From: the human T2T-CHM13v2.0 reference genome, Homo sapiens
Length of the DNA stretch: 64,000 bases
Strand: one strand, 5' to 3'
Assembly: GCF_009914755.1 (NCBI RefSeq)
Contig: NC_060935.1
In this document: piece after piece, positions 16,181-29,125 of the stretch
Layout: the number at the start of each line of letters is the position of its first letter
How positions within the stretch are numbered: the first letter of the stretch is position 1
Translations under genes and position numbers: made by a program
The notes under the pieces: generated by a model
The model's input: only the letters and a program-made list of their open reading frames with translations
Told to the model about the DNA's origin: nothing
Database searches by the model: none

Positions 16181-17059
16181 CATATACTTTTCCTTTAGCA
16201 TCCACTTTTGTTGCTTTTTGTCATAAATGAACAAAAACAGCCTAGTTAATTCAGAATAATCACATTAAACCATGTGAGTTGGTGGTTGGATGTCAGAATT
16301 GAAGTAATTTCTACTTAGATTGAGTATCAGGGTTGTTCATTCTCGTAGAGGCAGATTCTAGCTTACTGTTGGTATTTTTGCTATTTTTAAGCAATGCTTT
16401 TAAGTCTCGTTGATTGCTAAAGCCTGTTTGCAGGTACTGCCTCCCCTAGAGCCTTTGGGGTCCTCAAGGGTAAGCAGCATGTCAGGCTCACTTTCGCAAT
16501 CCTGCTTCAGTGTCACATTGAGCTGTGTGATCCCAAAGTCCCTGTGCTAGCAGTGCTGAGAAACCTGACTGCCATTTGTAATGCAGTTTTCATGTGGGGG
16601 GACTGTTACACTGCTACAGCTTGTCATGTCAGGAGCCCATCTTCCCCTACTTACACATCAGCAACTCCCTTTCTCTTACCACTGGGGCGGTAGAAAGACT
16701 GACTTCAGTGCTTGCGCCCGAGGCCCAAGGCAGAGGATCCTGAGAGACTCATCCATGATGGCGAGGCTGGGTGGGTCTGTGTAGACTTCCCACTAGCTGG
16801 GCCCTAAGCCCTTTCTTAGACCACATTACTTTCTCATGATATTTTCAGGGTTTTCCCCCCTTAACCTCAGAGGTTAGTCTGCCAGCTGCATCTTCCTGCC
16901 ACTGCTTCCTGCATCTCTTCCTGGGCTAAGCACCCTTCTCGCCCTCTCTTCCTCTCCCTCTACACTGTGTGGAGCACATGGCAGACGTATGCCCAGTGTA
17001 GATTACTGAGCCTTACCTTACACTACTGATCAGAGTCTTGGGGTGATCATCCAGTGATG

Positions 17060-17920
17060 TGTTGTATATTTCTAACTTTTTATTGTGGCAAATTACAAAC
17101 ATGGCCAAACAAGAGACGATGATACCGTTCACCCTCACGTACTGGTTGCCCAGCTTTGTAACCACCATCAGTTCATGAGCCACTCTTCCACCTTCTATAG
17201 GCCCACTCCCTCACAACCCTGATTATTTGGAAACAAATCACATACCATCTTTTCCCTGTAAATAAACAGCTATGTGTATCTTTCTCCCGACTTTTTGGGA
17301 CAAGTTTTAGAAAATGTAATAGTGAATATCTCTGTACCCTTTACCTAGATTCTCCAGTTTTACCTGATGTTTTTCTCTCTCTGCATCTTATATGTATATT
17401 TTTGTGTTGCTAAACCATTTGAAAGTAAGTTGGGATATCACGACAGTTCATTTCTAAGTATTTCAGCTGGTTTCTCCTAAGAGCCAGGGACATTCTTCTA
17501 TATATAATGACAATACAGTTGTCATGTTTGGAAATTTTCCTAAGTGTCCAACTAGTGTTTTTTATAGCTTCCTTTTTAAAAGGATCACATACTACATTTC
17601 ATCTAGGATAGTTCCCTAGTCTTTCTTTAGAAACAAAAACTTTCATGACAATGATATTTTTTAAGAGTCCATGCCATTTGTTTAATGTAATGTCCCTGAG
17701 TTTGGATTTGTCTTAGTGTTTTAGCATGATTAGATTCAAATGATAATATATTTTGGCAGAAATACTGTGTAGGTGATATATTATTTTTAGGACATCACAC
17801 ACACCAGTTTGCTCGTTATCAGTGGTGTTAAATTGGTTATCTGGCTGAGGTAGTTTGCCAAGGCTTCCCACCGTAAAGACACCTTTGCCCCTTTGTAATT
17901 AATCATTGATTATTCTTACT
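17060..17920 (-). mobile_element. Old L1M (L1MC-like) fragments
   Basis: Motifs shared with the 11450-12420 element. Confidence 0.6.
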
Positions 17921-18374
17921 GGATTCAATTATTACATCATGTTTTGTCTAAAGATTCATCTGTACTTGAGTAGAACACCTGGTTTTAGTTTCTTGGGCAT
18001 TTGATTACAGAGGTGTGGGCAGGAATAAGGAAGGCAGAGCCATGTGGGGAGAGTAGCTGTGTGTGTCTGAGGCGGGCATGGAGGTGATCCTATTATATTC
18101 CCCGTCACGTGTTGCTGTAGCCCTGCAGTGGGACTGCAGTCAGGGGGCTTTTAAAAGGTCCCTGGCATCATGGCTCTGACAGATTGGTGAGTTCTTGTGG
18201 CTGCTTGGCTAGAACTGTACCATCCAGTCAGCCTTTGAAGGTACGAGATGTGCATCTGCTCGTATACATGAGACTGCTCCTGGCTGTGTAGACTATCATC
18301 ATAAACTTCAGTGAGGGGCATTTTCACCTTGAAATCATGGTCAGATCCGCTCTGACAAAGATTCTCTTTTCCAG

Positions 18375-18487
18375 TGGGTGAATTTGTAAGTGATGTCCTG
18401 CTAGTTCCAGAAAAGTGCCAGTTTTTCCACAAAGAGCGGATGGAGGTGTGTGAGAATCACCAGCACTGGCACACGGTAGTCAAAGAG
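18375..18487 (+). CDS. APLP2: APLP2 exon 4 (copper-binding domain, GEFVSD...HTVVKE)
   Basis: ttccag|TG...GAG|gtaaga; 113 nt, restores frame after exon 3. Confidence 0.97.
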
Positions 18488-19282
18488 GTAAGAGAACTCG
18501 GGGGGAAAGTCAGCTGCTGTTGTATCTGTTAGGAGGGAAGTAGCACTTTTCTCCAAATCTCACCATGCTTTTAAGTTAGTTATGTTTCCCCCATTATCTC
18601 CTTAAGGTTTACAATTACTTCTGTCTTATAAGTTAGAAATATTTGGGAGAGAAGTAGGTATTTGTGTAGGAGAGCTCAGTGTTGACAGTCAGCTCCTGAA
18701 GTTGAGGATGTTAAGGAGGTGGCTGAGCGAGAATACTGTATGCTGCTGGTGAGGCTCCCAGGAAACCATCCTAACCCTAAGGCCGGCATGGAAATCGCCA
18801 GTGATAGAAAATATAGGTCTGGACATATGCACAGGCAGGACTGCATGCCATCTCACTTTTCTGGTGGCAAGAAGTACCCTTTCTTGTCTTCTGTAATTAG
18901 GCTGGCTCTGCTCTTTGGTCAGTAATCTTCCTTTGGTCAAATACTGAAGTAGTGCTTGCACCAGTGGTGAGTATCTATTAACATTGACCACCTTATCTGG
19001 CTTTAGTCATTATTAGAAAAAAATGCTCTCTTCCTGACTTTTTTCCACATTTGGGATTTCAGTATTTTTGGACCAGATCATGTTTCCCCATTGTAAATTA
19101 AAATTTATAAATCTTACAATAATATTATTACAATTTTTTTTTGACAGAAAATGTATGTGTTCATAAGAGAAAGCATTGCTAAGTGATTTGATAAGGGTTT
19201 ATTTTGGAGGGTAGAGATCGGAGTGTATTTGACCACGTTTACTCTGGAGTATGTTCTGATGTGGCCTGTGGGTTTCTTTTAG

Positions 19283-19479
19283 GCATGTCTGACTCAGGGA
19301 ATGACCTTATATAGCTACGGCATGCTGCTCCCATGTGGGGTAGACCAGTTCCATGGCACTGAATATGTGTGCTGCCCTCAGACAAAGATTATTGGATCTG
19401 TGTCAAAAGAAGAGGAAGAGGAAGATGAAGAGGAAGAGGAAGAGGAAGATGAAGAGGAAGACTATGATGTTTATAAAAG
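19283..19479 (+). CDS. APLP2: APLP2 exon 5 ([13 protein letters not shown]...poly-Glu/Asp acidic tract)
   Basis: ttttag|GCA...AAAAG|gtaact; 197 nt; overlaps ORF 19301..19483. Confidence 0.97.
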
Positions 19480-19973
19480 GTAACTCTTCTACTTTGAACT
19501 GTGAAGTCGTTTTGCCTTTTTGTTAGCCCTTCTGTAAAGACGGCTGTTGGCTGCTAGTCCCTCACTTCTGGATAAACTGGGCATTCCTTTGTTCTGCTAG
19601 AGTTGATTAAGCTTGCATTTCATTCTAGCCATTGCCAATCACAGGAGTACCTGTGATTTTTGTGTTTACATCATTCTGAGCTGTTATTTTCTGCAGGTTA
19701 CTATGATATTTTTTAAGAGTCCGTGTCATTTGTTTAACATAATATCCCTGAATTTGGATTTGTCTTATTGTTGTATCATGATTAGATTCAAATGTTCACA
19801 AATACTTCCCGTTTGCTGATGTAGCTGGGCCCCAGGGCTTAGTGGCACGGTGAAATGTGCGTTGAGCTTATTTCCTGCCTCTGTTTTTGTGTTTCAGAAT
19901 AGAGAAGGGACCCATTGTTGTGCTTTGCACATAGGAGCTATTAACCTTCCTTTTTTTCTATTTTGGCCTTCAG

Positions 19974-20182
19974 TGAATTTCCTACTGAAGCAGATCTGGA
20001 AGACTTCACAGAAGCAGCTGTGGATGAGGATGATGAGGATGAGGAAGAAGGGGAGGAAGTGGTGGAGGACCGAGATTACTACTATGACACCTTCAAAGGA
20101 GATGACTACAATGAGGAGAATCCTACTGAACCCGGCAGCGACGGCACCATGTCAGACAAGGAAATTACTCATGATGTCAAAG
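19974..20182 (+). CDS. APLP2: APLP2 exon 6 (acidic domain, EFPTEAD...HDVK)
   Basis: cttcag|T...AAAG|gtaacc; 209 nt. Confidence 0.97.
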
Positions 20183-21280
20183 GTAACCCCATGTAGAGCC
20201 ATGGCTTTGAAATCCATGTGGTAATTATTCACTTAGACTTTTGCATTGCGTCTGTCACAGGTAAGTCAGTCACAGAAGGAAAGGTGTGGTACCTCTGCAC
20301 TGAAGGTGAGTTCAGCTCTCCAGTGCAGTGATGGGATGGTGCCGTCTTAACAAAGTGGGCAGGCAGGCACATCCAGGGAGAGATGTAGGATTGAATTAGA
20401 GAACGGGGACTAGAGAGTAAGAGAGACAACGTAGTCCGCCCTTCAGCAGGATTCTTCCACATTCATCCTAAAATGTTCCCTCCCCAAGGGGAGCTCCCCT
20501 CTTCGATACCACTCAAGTTCTGGCCTCCTAGAATAGAAATGGTTTTCTTGGTTTTTCTTTTCCTGCTTGTCTTCTAATCTGTAGGCTGCCCTATTTGTCC
20601 AGATGTTTTAGTTGGGAGGGTGAAATTTATTGACCTGCTGGTAACAGATTGGGGCCTGCAGTTTTTTTTTTTTCTCATCTTGCCAATTAAAACACGAAAA
20701 GGTTGCAGTAGTTCCAGAGCCATTAACATGCAGCCTCCTGCTGATCGTATATTTGAAACCAATTAAGATGCGAAGAATTATTTAGGACCCAAGTTGGGGG
20801 AAATTACTTAACCAGTTGAGAAGTTTGTGATTTGCCTTAGAGAACATAAAAGTGGGAAACAATTGTCCGTTCTAGGTGCTTGTCTTTACTACGGGTATCA
20901 CCACTTAAAGCAGCCTTTCCACTCACACTGTCTCCTGAATAGACAAACTAGGCAGATACCTCCACTGAACAGATCAGAAATGTGAGGCTCTCGCAGCTGT
21001 GAGACAAAGGAATTGCTCTACGTCAATCTAAACTCAGATCTAGACTCCAGAGGGTGCCAAAAAAATATTTATCCCAGTTCCTAAATGTCTCTACTCTGTG
21101 GGGAAGCAACTTGTCCTCAGCAAGGCTGGCCTGAGCTGGAGCTTTCGGCCACCGGGCCTCCAGGCTCCGTCCAGTCTCAGGCCTCCCCCAGCCCATCCCC
21201 CAGCTCGCCAGCCTGTAGCATTTTGAAGCATTTGACGTCACTGCCTCTGTCCTGCTGACACTCTGACCATTTTCACACAG

Positions 21281-21448
21281 CTGTCTGCTCCCAGGAGGCG
21301 ATGACGGGGCCCTGCCGGGCCGTGATGCCTCGTTGGTACTTCGACCTCTCCAAGGGAAAGTGCGTGCGCTTTATATATGGTGGCTGCGGCGGCAACAGGA
21401 ACAATTTTGAGTCTGAGGATTATTGTATGGCTGTGTGTAAAGCGATGA
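21281..21448 (+). CDS. APLP2: APLP2 exon 7, Kunitz protease inhibitor (KPI) cassette exon
   Basis: acacag|CT...ATGA|gtaagt; 168 nt, symmetric phase 1/1; six-Cys Kunitz pattern with GPCRA (P1 Arg) and [11 protein letters not shown]. Confidence 0.98.
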
Positions 21449-24368
21449 GTAAGTCCTGCCTCGCGCTGGTCCCGTGCGGCAGCACCGTCCTGTCTGGCGT
21501 CCGTCTCCCTGCCGTCTTCGTGGCTGCATCTGTGTGGTGTCCCTGCCCACTCGGGTGTTTGCTGTCGGTCGTCTTCCCCTCATCTTTGTGCTTTCTAGAT
21601 CTAGGCTTTGCTCTCCTGCCGGCAGTGGTAAGCTCAGTTCTCGTGTCCTGTGCTCACCGTGTGTCTGGTGGTGCTTGGTGGTGATGGTGCGTACCCACCT
21701 TGGTATAGCGGGCAGCACAGCCAGGGGCTTGTTCTTTCTTGTCTGGCTTTGGAGTCTGCAGGTCCCCAGGCCACTGTAGTATTGGTGGGGAAGGCAGCTG
21801 TCCCCTGGGCTGGCTCTAGCTTAGAGGCACTGAACATTCCTGTCTTTGAACTGCCCTGTCACTGACCCCTGTGATGCATGCCAGCTCATGGGGCGCCTCC
21901 TCTCGAAAGGAGTGACAGTGAAGTACTTTGGGCAGTCTAGAATATTGAAATATCTTGCATAATGCACTCTAGAGAGAGCTAGCAGCCAAGTGGTAGTGAC
22001 TCACTCTGTTTCTTCAATATTTTGCAACCGGGTCACACAGCTTTAGGAAGTGAGAGGATTTCAGTTGGTGTGTGCTTTGGTGTGACAGGAAGGTCAGTGG
22101 TTCAGTTGAGTTGGGTTTATGCTGGACGTTGGTAGAAAGAGTTTCTACCAAGAGTTTTCCCTTTTCTCCATGGCTACTCCTTTTTCTCGTTAAGACCTTC
22201 AGTCTCTCACCTTGCAGCACTAACCTACACATTAGGAAAATCCTCAGGCCAGACAGTTTTTCTTGGTTCCTACTCTGGAATTTGTTGGAGTAATAATTTG
22301 CTATGAAGAATTTGGCTATAGCTTCTGACGGTTTTTCATTCACATGCCTTCATGTTCCCTCTTCCTTCCTTCTACCAAAAGATCTTTCAAATCTTAATGT
22401 AATATGGCAGTGCCTTGAGTGCTTCCCTTCCAGCTCCAGGAAAGCTGTTTTTATTCGGTAACAGTTGAAAGGTGAAAGAAAAGGAGGCCTTAGGGAACCT
22501 TGGTGAATAAACTTTGCGTTTTCAGGAAAGATTTAGAAATAGAAATTATTGTGATACTTACTGCTTTGTAAAACTTGGACTGAAGCCTGAGGAATCCCAC
22601 TGAGTGTGGAGGTGGTGATCTCTACCCGAAGGGTCAGCTGGGTGGTGCTGTGAGACATGATGGAGTGGCAGGTCTGTAAAACTCCCGTTTGCTGTGGCTT
22701 GGATGAGATTTGCCTCGGAGAAGCTTTGTGTTCATGTTCTTGTGGGGCCTCTGCCTGGAGGGCTTTGCAGGTTGAGAAGCATCAAGTTTACTTCCAGTGG
22801 GAGCGTTTTTGTTCTTCTTTGAAGGGGCTGAGGCTGGCGGATGTGCCGGCTTCATGAGTGGGTGATTCCACAGGGACCGAGGGTGTCTTCAGAAAAAAGC
22901 ATTTCGGCCCGCTGTCCTCTCCACTCTGGTCCCAGGGAGGCTGGAAGCAGCCTGTGTTTGCTGTTCCCTTTTTCCAGTCCAGCAATGTGAACCAAAGGCT
23001 CCGTCTCCAGCGCTCAGGCCTTTATAGCACAGGCATGTGTCACTGATCCGCATGATGGACTGCAGTGCTTGAAATTCTCCTCCACTGAACTTGCGAGTGT
23101 CTTGGGGAATGGCATTTACCAAGTTATCGATTCTAATTTAGTTAATCTGAAAGTGGGATATTGACACCCTTTTAAAACTTATGTAGGGCTCATATTCTTC
23201 ATGACTTTAGTTGTCGTTTTTAGGTCTGTTAAATGGGCAAATAAAAGATGCTTCCGACAGAAAAAAGTTGAACTGGCTGGCTAATTTGTAGCTGTATTCA
23301 TCAATTATATGGTTGTTTTAATGTATTAAAATGATACAATTCTAGAAATTAGGTGAATTTGCTTCTGAATTAAAAATCAGTTGAACCTTGGCATTCACTC
23401 TCCACTTAGCTCTGAAATTGTGTCATAATCTATCAAGCAAGTCCACACCAGCTTGGGAAATCTTGCATGAATTAGGCTAGTAAGTGTTACCTTAGGTATG
23501 TCTTGAGAGGCTGACTGAGTAAACTTGTCATCTCAGTCCTTTCCCTTATCAGGCTAAATTCCATCGTGCAGAGACTTGCTTGGGCCCCATGAGAGATTAT
23601 GCCCATCCAGCAGTCGGGGGTGCTCCAATGGGCCTGTGCTCTGGGGAACGCTTGGGAAGCCCTATTGGTCAGTGTCATGGATCAAAAAGCCCTATCTTCA
23701 TATCGGTGAAAGGTGTCCTTGTCAAATAGAGCAACTCAGTTTTATCCTTGTTGGTTCTGTCACTGATGGTGGGGCTAAGAGTCCTTCACTGATACTGAAA
23801 ACTCAAAATTATAGCTGGAGTGATGGGGACTTTCTCTACCCAGCGTATATGCAAAGAACATTCACTTGAGCCTGTTTTCTGTTGTAAATTAAGACTCAAA
23901 GATAGCCAGAAGAGCAGAGGTACCTGAGTAATAAATTTCTTTAAAAATAAGGAATTGCATAAAAGTGCCTCTACAGGGTCTGATTCCTGCCCTTGTCTCT
24001 GTTCAGATGCTCAGTTACGAGCAATAAGGTAGCTATTGTTTAGGTTTCCAGGGTTCGAGCACTGAAGGGAAGGTATAGAAGAAACCACCTCTTTTTCAGC
24101 CCTGAGGTCTTAAGTAGATGCCTCACTGGTGCTGAAGCTGCCAATAAATTGCTGTATTAGCGTGGGCTGACATGGTTGATGAATATTGTGTAAGGAAGAT
24201 TGCCCACTGTAATCTAACCAAGTGAAGTCTTGGCAGATAGCAGCACCCTGCACTTAGAGAATGCCACAAAACAAATTGAGTCCATCCTGCAGGTCCTGAG
24301 CTGGGTTTTCTTCCTAGAGCACAGTGCATCTGATCCCAAAGAGAACTCCCTCTGTAATTTTGTTTCAG

Positions 24369-24499
24369 TTCCTCCAACTCCTCTGCCAACCAATGATGTT
24401 GATGTGTATTTCGAGACCTCTGCAGATGATAATGAGCATGCTCGCTTCCAGAAGGCTAAGGAGCAGCTGGAGATTCGGCACCGCAACCGAATGGACAGG
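24369..24499 (+). CDS. APLP2: APLP2 exon 8 (PPTPLPTND...RNRMDR, start of E2)
   Basis: tttcag|TT...AGG|gtaaac; 131 nt. Confidence 0.97.
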
Positions 24500-25079
24500 G
24501 TAAACCTTGACAATTTCTTCATCTTCATGGTACTTGGCTTTGGGTAGCATGGTTCTCATAGCTGAAGAAAAGTAATAGCTTCTCCCTAGATTGTCATGCT
24601 GATGTATAAGGACTGGTGAGTCAGGAGAGAGTTACCAGTGGAGCTGCCTTCTGGGTGGACTTCTTCACCACCTGCATCCAGATAATATATAATATAATTA
24701 TCCTCTGAGCACTTCCTATACCATTATCTGCCCTTTTTTTTTTTTTTTTTGCCATTAACTTGCTTTAAAATTTCTTTATTTTAAAGAAGGAAACTTTATA
24801 TCACTGTTATCAATAAAAAGCTAGTACCATTTGCCGTGAGAAGAAAGTGACCAACCATACAAATATATTAGATGAAAGCAAACATGTACTAATACATGCT
24901 AGCTAGATACTGCTGTCTCTGGAAGGTTCTGAGTCTCAGAGATGTTTCTTTTCCTTTAAAAGGGTTATAAGAGAGCAGCAGGAACACCAAAGTGCAACTT
25001 TTCTTCTGGATTTACTCAGGATTGAAGAGAATTGAAAAGGGAATGCCTTGCTAGGCCTAAGCTCCACCCCAAATCCCAC

Positions 25080-25290
25080 ACAGTCCCATGTTGGGCTTAC
25101 AGTTTGCAAAATGCTTATTGTTTTATCCACATCAGCTCTGAAAAGTAGGTATTAACCTCAATTTTTTTGGTGAGGAGACTAAGGCACAGAGACTTTTAAA
25201 TAACTTACTCAAGGTTATGTAACAAAGAGGTCATGGAATTGAGGCTCCATCTGGGGATAGTTGAGGCCTGGAACCTTCTGAGGCAGTAAC
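25080..25290 (-). mobile_element. MIR
   Basis: gaggagactaaggcacagagac...taacttactcaaggt core. Confidence 0.65.
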
Positions 25291-25434
25291 AATGCTAAGC
25301 TCCTAAGAGATTGTGTGATTGGTTTCCTTTTGCAGTTTCCTGTGAGATTTAGCATCTGACAGTGTTTTTAGCAAATGGAGGAGTTGTTTCGGGGTATTAA
25401 TCACTGCTGACGGCGTTTTTGACCTTTGTTCTAG

Positions 25435-25509
25435 GTAAAGAAGGAATGGGAAGAGGCAGAGCTTCAAGCTAAGAACCTCCCCAAAGCAGAGAGGCAGACT
25501 CTGATTCAG
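25435..25509 (+). CDS. APLP2: APLP2 exon 9 (VKKEWEEAE...TLIQ)
   Basis: ttctag|GTA...CAG|gtaaga; 75 nt. Confidence 0.96.
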
Positions 25510-26254
25510 GTAAGATGCCTTCTCTGGGGACATAGCTTTCAGCCTGACCATTGGAAAATACGGTCAGAGCCCCATTCCCAACGAAATTAGGATTGGACAC
25601 CACCTCCTTTTAGGTGAGGGCTTACAAGGAAGTTGTAACTGGCCTGTTTTTCTTTTTCACCTCAAGTATTGCTAACCTATGGTAGAAGGAAACCAAACCC
25701 CCACCAGAGCACACCTAATTCATGCCAGAAGGTAACCTTAGCTCAGCTGCCTTTCGTTAATTCTGCTTTCCTGGCAAAAGTCCTCTGCCATTTTCAGTCT
25801 TAGACTGTGACTTGTTTTTCAGCAGTACTGAATTTTTTTTAAGACTAATTGAAAGTCAAAGGATAGAAAATAAAGATCTCTGATACAATTCATCTCTAAC
25901 TTTGTAGACTATAACTAAAATCATAGCAGCAAACTGCATTCCCCTTCAGTAGAAGAGTGTTGCTAGGAATAGGGATAGCAATTTCCAGGACTGATTTGGT
26001 TTTTACAAAACTGATTTTGTAAATTTTAAATCATTTTATGTTTAGCTGAAATGCCTTTCCTCCTAATGTAACACTTTAATAAAGTGTTAAAAATAATCTT
26101 AAAAGGCTTTTTTATTGATCACTTAGAAAATCTAACAGTTTTAATTCCTACAGAAGTCAGTGCATCTTGTTCAGGGAAATGTAGTTCAGCAGGCTTAAAC
26201 TGTACCTGTAAACCTGGCTGGATACCTCACGGATAACTTGCCCTTCATGACTTT

Positions 26255-26300
26255 ATTGATAGTAATGGCAAAAATCACAATTACTTTTGCACTAACCTAA
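26255..26300 (-). mobile_element. Half MADE1 (Hsmar1-derived MITE, one TIR)
   Basis: Reverse complement ttaggttagtgcaaaagtaattgtgatttttgccattact matches the MADE1 terminus. Confidence 0.85.
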
Positions 26301-26716
26301 TGACAGGAATACTTCAACAGAACTTACCACATAACTCCCATTGGTCAGTGGTCTCAGAGTTTGGAAGTTAGTGCCTTGCTGCAATGTGGGAAGGACAGTG
26401 TTCTTTTTTTATAGTGCATATTGAGAAACCAGGCCTTGGGCTTGCAGGCACTAGCACTTGTAGTTACACAGATACTAAGGAGGCCCTTTGACACTGAGGT
26501 TTAACTTGCTCTCTTTAAAGAAGGAAGTAATTCTCCTGATAGAAGTAGAATGAAGGTAGGATGAAGTAGACTTTGGATCTTACCCTTGCTCCACTCTCCG
26601 AACCTGTTACTGTCTCGCATGGGCACTGACAGGAGAAGCACTGGGGTCTCAGGGTGCTTGCTTAGGCTTCCTCCGGGTGCCACAAATCATGTGTGGTTCC
26701 TGCTTTCTTGGTTTAG

Positions 26717-26875
26717 CACTTCCAAGCCATGGTTAAAGCTTTAGAGAAGGAAGCAGCCAGTGAGAAGCAGCAGCTGGTGGAGACCCACCTGGCCCGAGTG
26801 GAAGCTATGCTGAATGACCGCCGTCGGATGGCTCTGGAGAACTACCTGGCTGCCTTGCAGTCTGACCCGCCACGG
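26717..26875 (+). CDS. APLP2: APLP2 exon 10 ([10 protein letters not shown]...SDPPR)
   Basis: gtttag|CAC...CGG|gtgagt; 159 nt. Confidence 0.97.
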
Positions 26876-27706
26876 GTGAGTCCTGCCCCTAGCACTGCCT
26901 GCCCTGAGGTGGTATATGTAGGGGACCAATGTATGACACTCAGGTCAGTAAAAGTGACATTTGTATGACAAGTTCTGGCAAAGCTGAAGCTAAGGAAAGA
27001 TGATGAGGGAGGAAAAGGTATTACATTCTAATATCTGTGTATATAAGCTAAGCATGACATCGCTTTATGCCTGCGTATACCACCTGTGATGTGAAAGTGT
27101 TTTACGCTGGAAAAGTATAACCTCGCGAAATTGATGGGTAATTATCCAGTTATTGAACTTCCTTTCAAAGAATGAAAACATGCTATTCATGAAGACTTTT
27201 GAACAAGTTACATTATAAATAAGATTATGAAGAAAGGGGTAAAGTAATTTCTTCTGAAACTCTTGTGTGAGTGGTCTCAAATGATTTTGTCCCTTAACAC
27301 TAACCTGCCTTGCTTTGGGGGATGGAAAGTATTGGGAGGATATTTGTGTCCTTAAGTAAGCCGGTTAAAGTCTTCTCTCTTTGGGTGACACAGGAGACTA
27401 TCTAGCTTATAGGTGTCAGAGGCTGAGCCAGGAAAAAGGACAGATCAGAAGAGAACGGGAGTGGGCAGGAGATTCTGGAAAATACTGTATGTTAAGGAGC
27501 CAGTATAACTTTGGAACTTAGTTTTGCTATTTTACCTAGACAGTTTTTTTGTTACTTGGTAAGCTAAAAAAGCCTTCCAGTTACAGCTTTCATTCTTGTG
27601 CCTAGCTGAGCTTTACATTCTTAAGTGAACTTTTTAAGCTTTTGTTTTCCTGCCTATTTTCAATTCTCTAGTCTCTGGATATTAAAACAACTGTTCTCTC
27701 TTGCAG

Positions 27707-27835
27707 CCTCATCGCATTCTCCAGGCCTTACGGCGTTATGTCCGTGCTGAGAACAAAGATCGCTTACATACCATCCGTCATTACCAGCATGTGTTGGCTG
27801 TTGACCCAGAAAAGGCGGCCCAGATGAAATCCCAG
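27707..27835 (+). CDS. APLP2: APLP2 exon 11 (PHRILQAL...QMKSQ)
   Basis: ttgcag|CCT...CAG|gtacag; 129 nt. Confidence 0.97.
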
Positions 27836-28756
27836 GTACAGTAGATGTAGTAGAAATTGCTGCCGTGAGGGCATTTCCAGTGGGGAACATAATGCCTTGA
27901 CTAATGGTTGACCAGCACTGCTAGTTGCATTTGCTACTAGTCCTTAGAAAATGAGTTTTGATTTCCGAAGACATTCGGTACGTGAACTGGTTTTTGCAAG
28001 GTCACTGTTTTTAAAACATCTTTTTAAATACTTTTTTATATTAACTGCTTTATACTTAAACAATTTCTGAATTTTTTATATCATTTATTTCTGATTTAGG
28101 GTATTGCCAGAACCAATATTCAAGATCCTTTTCTAGGTATATTTATCAAGCAGATCTTAAAAATTGGTCTCTTGTTTTGTGCAGTATAGTTTTTGTTTAG
28201 ACAGACACTTTTACATTCCTAGGTTTTGTCCAGCTTTACTTTCATCTACAGAGGTTTGTTTCTGGTTCCTACTTCTAATATTGGTGTTGTTCATATATTA
28301 ACTTGAGTTTTACTTTTTTGTATTCATAAAAATGAGCTTGCCTACAAGACTGCTAGCTTCCGTTTAAACCAGGAAGTCTCCTAGCTCAGCCTTAGTTTTC
28401 CTAGAGGGCCTTATAGTAACAACGCTGATCTTACTTGATTTCCTCTCATATTGTAAATACAGTGCTGTGCTGATTGTGAGTGTCAGGGTACATGGGCTCA
28501 CTTACTGCACGGGTGCTGGCCTGTCAGCCCAGAAACCCTCCTTCCCCACAGCTGCTATGAGTGTGAAGATGAAAAGGTAATGTGCCTAAAGGCCTAAAGG
28601 CCTTTGGAGTATTGGAGCTGAGCTGCTCCATTTGTGGAGCTGGGGGTCTGTCTCAGTGCCAGACTCCACACTGGCATTCAGTGCTGCCGGGTTGACTCCC
28701 TTGAGTGCCCTTGAGCAGCTCACACGCTAGTGTAGAGATAATAACTGTAAAGGTGA

Positions 28757-29125
<369 letters not shown>

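Noticed and set aside
19408-19461. GAR-rich trinucleotide run
   Set aside because: Interrupted coding poly-Glu/Asp tract of the known APLP2 acidic domain
21449-21684. Hydrophobic ~78-aa read-through of the KPI exon into intron 7 (possible membrane-anchored short isoform)
   Set aside because: Explained by the A-poor GT-rich composition; no nearby AATAAA; the exon has a strong gtaagt donor
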